Shown here: positions 9,839 to 17,636 of the stretch, one piece after another | How the letters are laid out: every line of letters begins with the position of its first letter | Position numbering within the stretch: the first letter of the stretch is position 1 | Assembly: GCA_965219385.1 (NCBI GenBank) | Contig: CBDCNM010000002.1 | Coordinates: 1,544,936 to 1,608,935 of the forward strand | Reading direction: 5' to 3' | Length of the DNA stretch: 64,000 nucleotides | Origin: Candidatus Latescibacterota bacterium | Lineage (GTDB): Bacteria; Latescibacterota; UBA2968; UBA8231 | The notes under the pieces: model-generated | What the model was told of the DNA's origin: nothing | The model's database searches: none | Seen by the model: only the letters and a program-made list of their open reading frames with translations | Translations under genes and position numbers: made by a program

Positions 9839-10189
9839 TCATTTACCAAACCACTCGGCGGCTTTTTCTTTGGCGTGGTTTTTAATCTCAGGCGTCACAT
9901 GGACCTCCACGATAGCGAGTGCAGCGGCCAACGCAGCCAGATCGTCGCTGAAGCCGACGACTGGGATCAGGTCGGGAATTGCATCGGCCGGCAGAATGAA
10001 GTATCCCAATACCCCGTAGATAACCGTCTTGGCCCAGGCCGGTGTATCAGGAGCCTGTACGGTGTAGTAGAGCGACAGGGCATGTTCGACGACTTCCCGA
10101 CCCGCGGTACGTGCGAAGTTGCGCAACTTACTCCAGAAGCTGTCCTGAGAATAATATTGCTCATACCCCTGATTGATTAGATTGTCCAT
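9839..10189 (-). CDS. YkvA/DUF1232-family small membrane protein
   Basis: FWSKLRNFARTAGREVVEHALSLYY...TPAWAKTVIYGVLGYFILPADAIPDLIPVVGFSDD matches the DUF1232 pattern. Confidence 0.85.
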   Translation of the reverse strand: MDNLINQGYEQYYSQDSFWSKLRNFARTAGREVVEHALSLYYTVQAPDTPAWAKTVIYGVLGYFILPADAIPDLIPVVGFSDDLAALAAALAIVEVHVTPEIKNHAKEKAAEWFGK

Positions 10190-10249
10190 GTTGTTCTTCC
10201 ATTTAATGTTTACTGCGGATTTACTGAAACCGTGTGATCACCTCTTGTA

Positions 10250-10266
10250 TGCAATCCGCGTGCCAA
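10250..10266 (-). promoter_or_regulatory. Sigma54 (RpoN) -24/-12 promoter for the ykvA-cas operon
   Basis: The minus strand reads TTGGCACGCGGATTGCA, matching YTGGCACGNNNNTTGCW with GG-N10-GC spacing, about 60 bp upstream of the ykvA start. Confidence 0.88.
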
Positions 10267-10305
10267 AGACAAAAAGATCTTCTAATTTTCTCAAAAACCA
10301 ATAAA

Positions 10306-10318
10306 AAACAACAGGTTG
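10306..10318. promoter_or_regulatory. Putative IHF binding site
   Basis: AAACAACAGGTTG versus consensus WATCAANNNNTTR (one mismatch), with an adjacent A-tract, located between the promoter and the enhancer repeats. Confidence 0.5.
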
Positions 10319-10365
10319 TGTGATATTTTTTTGACAAAGGAAATAGATGACAACATGCTCAGTCG

Positions 10366-10397
10366 TGCAATTTTGCAGGAATCTCTGCAAGGTTGCA
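10366..10397. promoter_or_regulatory. Two palindromic upstream activating sequences TGCAA-N2-TTGCA
   Basis: TGCAATTTTGCA (10366-10377) and TGCAAGGTTGCA (10386-10397), 20 bp apart, about 100-130 bp upstream of the -24 element. Confidence 0.72.
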
Positions 10398-10402
10398 GCC
10401 AT

Positions 10403-12091
10403 TCACTCACGCCCCTTATGACTCTTTTTTAATGGCAAGCCATGTTTTTCAGCTTTTCTAGTCAGCGTTGTAGAATGGATACCCAGCATCTCTGCGGCAG
10501 GTCCTCTTTCGCCCTGCGTTTGCGACAACGCTTCCTCAATCTTCTGCTTTTCAAACTGTGCCACTTGTTCTTCGAGCGTACCACTACCCGTGCCTAAATC
10601 TGTTGATTCAAAAATATGCCTGGCTAAGTCTTCCTTGTGTACTCGAAATGCACTCCGTGGCGCGTCAATGACGATGCGCTGAACTTCATGTTCAAGCTCG
10701 CGCACATTGCCCGGCCAGGTATAGCGACACATGGCTTCTATAGCTTGGGCATCAAAGCCCACAACCTTGCGTTCGTGTTTTTCATTAAACTGTTCACAAA
10801 ACAGGTCGATTAACTCCGGTATATCTTCGCGTCGTTCTCGCAACGGTGGCATGTAAATGGTCAAAACATCGAGGCGATACAACAGGTCTCCTCGGAAAAC
10901 CCTTTCTTGAACCATGGCCTTCAAGTCGCGATTGGTCGCCGCAACAATGCGTACATCAACCTCTTTCTCCTGTTCATCACTGCCAACCGCACGCACTTTC
11001 TTTTCTTGTAATACGCGCAGCAGCTTCTTCTGCCCCTCATGTGATAATTCTCCTATTTCATCTAAAAAGAGGGTGCCGCCGTCGGCTGTGCGAAAAGCAC
11101 CCTCACGCGGCTCGTCTTGTCCGGTATAAGCACCTTTAGCTGCACCAAATAGTTCTACATCCAAAAGCTCACTTGGGAATGCACTACAGTTAATCGGTAT
11201 GAATGGTCGATCTTTTCTCGTGCTCTGCTCATGCAGTGCTTTAACTGCGCGTTCTTTACCCGTTCCCGTTTCGCCCAAGATCAACACGGTTGCACCATCT
11301 GCATCAGCGGCTTGCCGAATCTGTTCTTTGGCTTTCCGCATTGCAAAACTATTTCCGATCAATCCGCCGGCATTACCCGATGTTTCTCTCAGTCGCTTGT
11401 TTTCTGCTCTTAGACGTGGAACACTCCTCACCTCTTCTTGTGTTCTCTGTAGAATTCGGTCGTAGCTTTCATCGCCAAATACGGATATATCTCTTACCGA
11501 TACATAGGGTAACTCTGCCAACTCAATACGCACATCAGCAGTAGAAATGTGTTGCCCGCTTGATGTGGGGATTTGCGCTTCACAAACTGGTGGAAAGAAA
11601 AAATCGTGATTCATTTCAATCTCTGGCGGAGTAACCAGCACATGATACAGGCGATCTTGGGGGCGACCGAAAAACTGAACAGAAGCCCCGAGCAAGTATC
11701 CCATTGACTTTCGCCCGCCCGCGAGAGAACAATGTAAGGCGCTGTTAGCATCTCGTGTCCAATTCTCAATCCGTCGGAAAATTTGATCCCGGGCCAAACG
11801 ATTCTCTTCCGAGGTGCGGATATCGTCTAAAAAATTACCCTCGGCATCTTCAAATACAAGGATATGCTCGGGGCCGAAAAGGACCGTATTGGGATCGATA
11901 TCGCAGTCCACCAACATCTTTTCAAAGCGCCCTTCGTCCAAAAGGCGTTCCTGACAGGTTGCCTTGCCCATGGTTGTCGTCATCACAAATACTTCATCGA
12001 TGGGCACATGGCGCTGGACACGCAATGCCCAGAAGGTCTCTGTCATAACTTGTGGTGTGTTGCCGATCACAGCGATTAGTTTGTGCTTCAT
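10403..12091 (-). CDS. CARF (Cas_NE0113/Cami1-like) sensor fused to sigma54-dependent AAA+ activator and Fis-type HTH
   Basis: N-terminus IAVIGNTPQVMTETFWAL...LDDIRTSEEN...SLAGGRKSMGY...FGRPQDRLYHVLV. Walker A GETGTGKE, ELFG..GAYTGQ loop, Walker B LFLDEIGE, FRGDLLYRL, WPGNVRELE, C-terminal HTH AAEMLGIHSTTL. Confidence 0.9.
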   Translation of the reverse strand: MKHKLIAVIGNTPQVMTETFWALRVQRHVPIDEVFVMTTTMGKATCQERLLDEGRFEKMLVDCDIDPNTVLFGPEHILVFEDAEGNFLDDIRTSEENRLARDQIFRRIENWTRDANSALHCSLAGGRKSMGYLLGASVQFFGRPQDRLYHVLVTPPEIEMNHDFFFPPVCEAQIPTSSGQHISTADVRIELAELPYVSVRDISVFGDESYDRILQRTQEEVRSVPRLRAENKRLRETSGNAGGLIGNSFAMRKAKEQIRQAADADGATVLILGETGTGKERAVKALHEQSTRKDRPFIPINCSAFPSELLDVELFGAAKGAYTGQDEPREGAFRTADGGTLFLDEIGELSHEGQKKLLRVLQEKKVRAVGSDEQEKEVDVRIVAATNRDLKAMVQERVFRGDLLYRLDVLTIYMPPLRERREDIPELIDLFCEQFNEKHERKVVGFDAQAIEAMCRYTWPGNVRELEHEVQRIVIDAPRSAFRVHKEDLARHIFESTDLGTGSGTLEEQVAQFEKQKIEEALSQTQGERGPAAEMLGIHSTTLTRKAEKHGLPLKKSHKGRE

Positions 12092-12209
12092 GCCTTTATC
12101 TTGCTCCTTTAAAAAATCTGTGTGAATCCTCGGGCCGCGTAGCGCCGCACTGCTTCGGCCATACGGCTGGGGGCGCTCGACACGGTCCGACTGCCCACTA
12201 CGACGGCGT

Positions 12210-12626
12210 TCAGCGACGGGTGCGCGGGCCGTTCAGCATGGTCCCAATCAGAGTATAGCGAACACCCAACTGATAGACAACGAGCAGAATGACGACAACC
12301 ACGGTGCATACCAGTGCGAGTTTCAAGTGAACGTTGAGCGGCCAGCTCAGGACCAGCATCTGCCCGCCGATCACCAGCGGCAAGTGCCACAGATACAGCC
12401 AGTAGGACGCATCCGACATATAACGTACCCAGAAACGCTCCTTGGCGGCGACCCAGCGGAAGAGTCCCATCAATCCGAAGCACTTTGCAGGTTCGGTGGT
12501 GTATCCCCATTTGTCGTGCACCGGCCAGAATTCGACAGTGGGCAGAAGAAAGAGGCCGGCGTGCAGCACGATTCCCAGCAACATGGCGAAGGCGCGCAGC
12601 GCGTCCAGGTCGTGGAATCTGGTCAT
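12210..12626 (-). pseudogene. Acyltransferase-3 (OpgC/NolL-like) remnant with large in-frame internal deletion
   Basis: The N-terminal motif RFHDLDALRAFAMLLGIVLHA joins almost directly to the C-terminal motif RYMSDASYWLYLWHLP...VRYTLIGTMLNG. Only 138 aa. Confidence 0.7.
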
Positions 12627-12645
12627 AGCTCCTTTGAAAATCAGC

Positions 12646-13602
12646 TCACATTAAAGCGTATTGTCCCATCCCAAAGCTGGTCCACTTGCCGACGTGCATG
12701 GGCACGCCGAGTACCAGCAGCGGGTGGAATAGCTCAAGGTCGCCTTCAAAAACCACATCCCCTGTAAAACCGCTCACCGTCATGCGCCGGTTCTTGCGGT
12801 TTGAAAACCGTTCCCATGTGCGCCAGGTCAAATTGTGATACGTAGTTTGAACGCCTTCTGCCGGCGCGATATAGTCGCTGTAATTCAAGTCCGGCGGGTC
12901 AGCAGGCGCAGACAGGTCTGCGTGAAATGTAGCCAGCGCCGAATACCGCCGCAACAGCCCGCGCACCAGCACGGGAAAATCCAATCCCCGTTGCAACACC
13001 CGGTCTGCTTTGAGTTGCGTGGGCGTGACAAATGAAAGGCGAACCTGTGAACCCACCTGATCGCGCATCAAGTCCATCGCATTCAGGTGCGGCACATCCT
13101 GCTGCAAGGTCTCGCTCGCCCCGTCGTAAATCAACTGCCACGACCCATCGGCGTGCAGGGCTTCGCCCGAAATCAAATCGCACTTGCCACGTCCACGCCC
13201 GACACCTGTTTCACCCATGCGCTGAAACGTGTAAACGAAATAGGACGTATAATTCAGCGCCTTGCCAATGAGTATCAAACCAATCGCAAACCCATCGCCG
13301 GGCGCGTAATCGGTTTTGGTCTCCAGCGGTGGTTCAATCAAGTATGGATGGGGTGCGTCCTTATAGCCGCGGAAGATGCCCTGCGCACCGGTCACGGGCG
13401 TATCAAATATGTATGGATACACGCACTGCTCCCGGATCAAACACCGCTCGCAATCCCTGTGTTGCACAATGCAAACCGCGTGCTTAAACGCAACCCCAAA
13501 AGCCCCTCGCAATGTGGAGCCTTTATAGGGTGGCAACCGCATGTGGCCGCGCGCTTTGAAGTGCAGGCGCAGGTGCGCGAACTTCAGGTCGAATTTGAAC
13601 AT
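12646..13602 (-). CDS. cas6: CRISPR pre-crRNA processing endoribonuclease Cas6
   Basis: ATG 13602 with GGAGG RBS. LPPYKGSTLRGAFG, cysteine cluster C..HRDCERCLIREQCVYPYIF, APHPYLIEPP, and terminal G-loop HVGKWTSFGMGQY. Confidence 0.9.
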   Translation of the reverse strand: MFKFDLKFAHLRLHFKARGHMRLPPYKGSTLRGAFGVAFKHAVCIVQHRDCERCLIREQCVYPYIFDTPVTGAQGIFRGYKDAPHPYLIEPPLETKTDYAPGDGFAIGLILIGKALNYTSYFVYTFQRMGETGVGRGRGKCDLISGEALHADGSWQLIYDGASETLQQDVPHLNAMDLMRDQVGSQVRLSFVTPTQLKADRVLQRGLDFPVLVRGLLRRYSALATFHADLSAPADPPDLNYSDYIAPAEGVQTTYHNLTWRTWERFSNRKNRRMTVSGFTGDVVFEGDLELFHPLLVLGVPMHVGKWTSFGMGQYALM

Positions 13603-13663
13603 CGACACCTCCTTTGCACAAGGTAGTGATCCTTTCAGTTCCAGATCGGATTTCACTGTCACA

Positions 13664-14857
13664 TCAATTTCTCCAGGTGGCGATAAATCCGTCCACGTCC
13701 AGCCCCTCGGGCATTTCCTCAAAGAAGTAGGGCATAGGCCCGGACTGAAAACCCGGCACGTACTGTTCGGTAGCAGCCTGCAGCCTTTTGTCCAGCGGCG
13801 CGAAGCGCTGCCACACCACCTCCAGTTCCTGCTTTGAAAAGCGCGGGCCGATCTGCTTTTCCTGGGTAAAGTCGCCGCCGTAGCCGGAGCGGTCGGGATG
13901 GCTGCCAAAGAGGATCTTGTAGACCAGCTTGGACAGGAGGATGACGCACACAATGCGCCCCACCTCGCCGGGGTGGAAGTGTTCGATCCCGGCGCGAAAG
14001 GTGTCCTCGTCCCGCTCGATGAGGGCCCGGTACACCTCTTCGATCCGGTCGCACTCGGCCGCATAGAGCGCCTGGTGGCGCCCGAAGATCTCCTGGAACT
14101 GTGGTTTCAGGTGCCGCTCGAAACCCTCCGTGTAGTACATCCCGGGGACATAGGAGTAATTCCCTCCCCCGAAGGCCCGGTAACCCAGGTGGATGGTGCG
14201 CCGGGGCTTGCTGCTGTAGTTGCTGCCCCAGTGCAGGATGGTATTGGTGTAGACCGCCCCATCGCCGGCCTTGAGTTCCACCGGCATGCTGGCGGGCAGA
14301 GGCACGGAGTTGTCTTCCTGCAACTGGCGGTTTTCCTCGTCGGTGTTGGAGCGGCGATGGCTGCCGGGCACCACCCAGAGCACATCGTCGTCGTAGAGCG
14401 GGACATTCCACTGCAGGTACGCCGGATGATTGTTGAGCAGGTCCAGCTGCAAGCCGTTGAGGGGCGCCTGGTCGATGGGGTGGATGTCGCGGTGCCAGCG
14501 GGCCGGGCCGTGGTCGCGCACCGGACTGCACATCATCATGTAGCGATGGACCCCCACATCCGGCGCCTGCATCAGCTGGCGGCACACCCCCAGGGTGGTC
14601 TCGCCCAGGCAGAATTCCACGGTGTCGGCCGTGTCCGCGTCGATCAGTCCCTCGAAGGACACCAGGCGCGGCTGGCCGTCGACTTCCCAGCGCCCGCCGG
14701 GCGGATCCTCCGGCTGGCGCTCCTGCGCCCAGATCTGGCGCTGGCGGTCCACCAGTTTCTCGTAACTGACACGCAGCTTCTCCAAGCGATCAGGCGCGAT
14801 GGCCTGAGGCACGATGACGTAGCCGTTGTCCAGCAGTTGTCGTGGATCGACTTTCAT
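13664..14857 (-). CDS. Phytanoyl-CoA dioxygenase (PhyH)-family Fe(II)/2OG oxygenase
   Basis: NGYVIV, WHRD, VVPGSH, ELKAGD...ILHWG, RRTIH. Confidence 0.85.
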   Translation of the reverse strand: MKVDPRQLLDNGYVIVPQAIAPDRLEKLRVSYEKLVDRQRQIWAQERQPEDPPGGRWEVDGQPRLVSFEGLIDADTADTVEFCLGETTLGVCRQLMQAPDVGVHRYMMMCSPVRDHGPARWHRDIHPIDQAPLNGLQLDLLNNHPAYLQWNVPLYDDDVLWVVPGSHRRSNTDEENRQLQEDNSVPLPASMPVELKAGDGAVYTNTILHWGSNYSSKPRRTIHLGYRAFGGGNYSYVPGMYYTEGFERHLKPQFQEIFGRHQALYAAECDRIEEVYRALIERDEDTFRAGIEHFHPGEVGRIVCVILLSKLVYKILFGSHPDRSGYGGDFTQEKQIGPRFSKQELEVVWQRFAPLDKRLQAATEQYVPGFQSGPMPYFFEEMPEGLDVDGFIATWRN

Positions 14858-15129
14858 GTTTTCTCCTCTCTATTCGCGGGGTGGAGCGGATCGGCCAGCG
14901 ACACCGCCCCCGGGCTTTCGACCAGGTACATGGCTTCGGGTAGACCAGTATAGACAATGCAAAGTAGATCATCAAGGCATCGCCCTCAGACAGTTGTGAA
15001 ACCGCTTCTATGGCACCGCGCTGTTTTTGCTGTATATGTTTTTGGTGTATATTTGGAACGTGCTTTTGCAACTGGTTCAGCAATGATAATCACAATCCTG
15101 TGCTACTACTCCAAAAGGGGGATTGCACC

Positions 15130-15897
15130 ATGTCACTCAATGGCAAGAAGGCCCTCGTCACCGGCGGGCGCCGCAATATCGGCCGCGGCATTGCCCTGGC
15201 TCTGGCCCAGGCCGGCTGCGACGTGGGCATCAACGACCTGGAACGGGACGACGACGCCGACAAGACCCTGGAACTGATCCGGGGCCAGGGTCGGGAAGCC
15301 GACTTCTTCCAGGCCAATATCGCCGACCGGGCCCAGGTGGAAGCAATGTTCACCGCCTTCACCGCCCGTTTCAACCGCCTCGATATCCTGATCAACAACC
15401 CCTATGCCGGGAGCGGGGCCCCCTTCCTCGAAATCACCGAGGAAGACTGGGATCTGACCCTGGACGTCTGCCTCAAAGGCTTTTTCCTCTGCAGCCAGCA
15501 GGCCGCCCGCATCATGGTGCAACAGGGCCAGGGAGGCAGCATTGTCAGCACCTCTTCGGTCCACAGCCGCCGCGCCTGGCCTGGCGATACGGCCTACGGA
15601 GTGGCCAAAGCCGGCGTGCTGCGGCTCACCGAGAGCATGGCCCTGGACTTGGGCCCCCACAATATCCGCTGCAACGCCGTGCTGCCGGGCCACATGGACC
15701 TGAGCCGCGTTTTTGGCGCCCAGGCCCCGTCCGTGGGCAGCGCGCCCGACCACCTCAAAGCCAACATCCCCCTGCAGCGCCGCGGTACCCCCGAGGACAT
15801 TGGCCGGGCCGTCGCCTTCCTCTGCTCGCCGGCAGCCGGCAATATCACCGGCGTCTCCCTGCCAGTGGACGGCGGCCTCTTGACCACCGGAGTCTAA
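15130..15897 (+). CDS. Short-chain dehydrogenase/reductase (SDR)
   Basis: ALVTGGRRNIGRGIA, LDILINN, YGVAKAG (YxxxK), ITGVSLPVDGG; ATG 15130 after an AAGGGG RBS. Confidence 0.9.
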   Translation: MSLNGKKALVTGGRRNIGRGIALALAQAGCDVGINDLERDDDADKTLELIRGQGREADFFQANIADRAQVEAMFTAFTARFNRLDILINNPYAGSGAPFLEITEEDWDLTLDVCLKGFFLCSQQAARIMVQQGQGGSIVSTSSVHSRRAWPGDTAYGVAKAGVLRLTESMALDLGPHNIRCNAVLPGHMDLSRVFGAQAPSVGSAPDHLKANIPLQRRGTPEDIGRAVAFLCSPAAGNITGVSLPVDGGLLTTGV

Positions 15898-16060
15898 TGC
15901 CGGCGCGCCCCATCAAAGGCAATGTGCCACCAACCCGTGGAGGGCCAGCCGGTACAGGAACGCGCAATACCTGGCGGCACCGCTGTTCCGAGTCCTGGAC
16001 CTCCAAACCGCACCGCTCTTTCCCCTCGCCCTTCGAGGGCTTTGACGAGGAGGCCGGCTC

Positions 16061-17260
16061 GTGATGGCCATGCCCCCCAACCCCTTGCTCGAAGACCAAT
16101 TGTCCGATCCTCTGTGGGAGCGCTTTCTGCACCGCCCCACCAGCGACCTGGCCCGGGCGAGCCGGCCGGATTGCCTGGGCGACGAGCTCACTCCAGTGCA
16201 GTGGTCCGCGGTTGATTGGGCCGGCCTGGAGAACGAGCGCGCCGATGTTTTTGACCTGGAGGCCCTAAAAGCCCAATTCGACCGCGCCGCCTATCTGCGC
16301 GACGGGTACGCCGTCCTGCGGAGCATCGTGACCCCGCCAGCCATTGAGACCTGGATCCGGGCGCTGCAGTACGGCCAACAGCGCAACGACGCCCTGCTGC
16401 AGTCGGACTGGAGTCGGATAGACTGGCTCGCCCTGGGCCGCCGTCCGCCGGCCCGGACCCTGAGCGCCGACGACATTGCCGGCGCCTCGGGCGGCAGCCA
16501 GAAAGCCCCGCAAAAAACCGACGAGGCCGGCGTGCTGACCCTGCGGCGGCACAGCGTTTTCACCGAGTACTTCCCCGCCGGCCACGTCCCTTTCCTCATG
16601 GACGTGCTGACCCACCCGCACATGCTGCAGCTGCAGCGGCTGTGCCTGGGCACCGAGGCCGTCTATTTCGACCACAACCAGCTCTTGACCCGGCCGCCGG
16701 GTTATGCCGGCGGCGGCTGGCACAGCCACAAGATAGGTGCCGGCCGGGACTGCGGCCCCATCAACGATTTGGCCGAGTACCAGGCCCAGCCCAATACCAA
16801 CCTCACCCTGTGCTACCCCCAGGGCTTCAGCGCCGCTGACGACGGCGGCCTCAAACTCATCCGCGGCAGCCACCTCTTCCGCGACCCGGACCACTGCCGC
16901 GGGGCCACCGACCAGGAGCTCGAGGCCGGCTGGCTCAAGGGGCGCATCCACCCCATCACTGGGAAGCCGCTGTATATCGAACACCTCGAACTACCGCCCG
17001 GCTCCCTCGTCTGCTGCCTGTCGCACGGAGCCCACGGCGTCGCCCCCAAGGGAGCGGACAAAGAGACCCGCTGGTGCAGCCTGTACGCGTACAAAAAAGC
17101 CGACGATACCACCGGCCTGGTGCAGCCGTCCCACGCCGTGCCGCCGCTGTGGGCTCTCAAAGCGCAACGGGGCGAGTTGCCCCCTGTCTTGACCGAGCTG
17201 CTGCGCCCCAGCTTTGACCACGCCCTGACCGGAGGCCGCACCCAGCCCTATCAAGATTGA
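16061..17260 (+). CDS. PhyH-like Fe(II)/2OG oxygenase with atypical HxH motif
   Basis: RDGYAVL, WHSH, GGLKLIRGSH, LPPGS...HGAHGV. Confidence 0.7.
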   Translation: MMAMPPNPLLEDQLSDPLWERFLHRPTSDLARASRPDCLGDELTPVQWSAVDWAGLENERADVFDLEALKAQFDRAAYLRDGYAVLRSIVTPPAIETWIRALQYGQQRNDALLQSDWSRIDWLALGRRPPARTLSADDIAGASGGSQKAPQKTDEAGVLTLRRHSVFTEYFPAGHVPFLMDVLTHPHMLQLQRLCLGTEAVYFDHNQLLTRPPGYAGGGWHSHKIGAGRDCGPINDLAEYQAQPNTNLTLCYPQGFSAADDGGLKLIRGSHLFRDPDHCRGATDQELEAGWLKGRIHPITGKPLYIEHLELPPGSLVCCLSHGAHGVAPKGADKETRWCSLYAYKKADDTTGLVQPSHAVPPLWALKAQRGELPPVLTELLRPSFDHALTGGRTQPYQD

Positions 17261-17499
17261 AGCACGGACTCCACCGCATTTTGACGCGGACTTCGATGAC
17301 CCCCGGACAAGCCCTTGAAAGACGCCAACAGCGCCTGCGCGACGGCTTTTGCGTCGTCGACGACATCCTCGGCAACGCATTCCTCCGGGAACTGCGCTGC
17401 GACCATAACCAGGTCGCCCTCCTGCGTGAACCGAAACATGCGATCTTGCTGCACCTGGCGAATCGGGCCATATTTATCATGGATAAACAATCAGGATGA
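17257..17499 (+). pseudogene. Possible N-terminal fragment of a PhyH-family gene
   Basis: RQQRLRDGFCVVDDIL resembles PhyH N-termini, but the ORF ends at 80 aa. Confidence 0.35.
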
Positions 17500-17636
17500 A
17501 ATGGTTTCCAATTGTAGTCGTCGGCTTCTGCGCCAGTTGTGGCAGCGATCCGCTGGCGTCCACCGAGGAGGAGGTCCTGGGGACGTGGATGGCGGAATTC
17601 AGATCGACAAACAGGCTATGAGAAAGGACGTCCACC

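Noticed and set aside
1..13663. CRISPR array or cas1/cas2 near the cas genes
   Set aside because: No repeat-spacer periodicity in any intergenic gap (9702-9838, 10190-10402, 12092-12209, 13603-13663) and no adaptation genes seen.
12646..14064. 472-aa ORF as full-length Cas6
   Set aside because: The N-terminal extension overlaps the PhyH gene out of frame. A GGAGG RBS supports ATG 13602.
15054..15070. Second sigma54 promoter TGGAACGTGCTTTTGCA
   Set aside because: GG-to-GC spacing is 11 bp, not the required 10.
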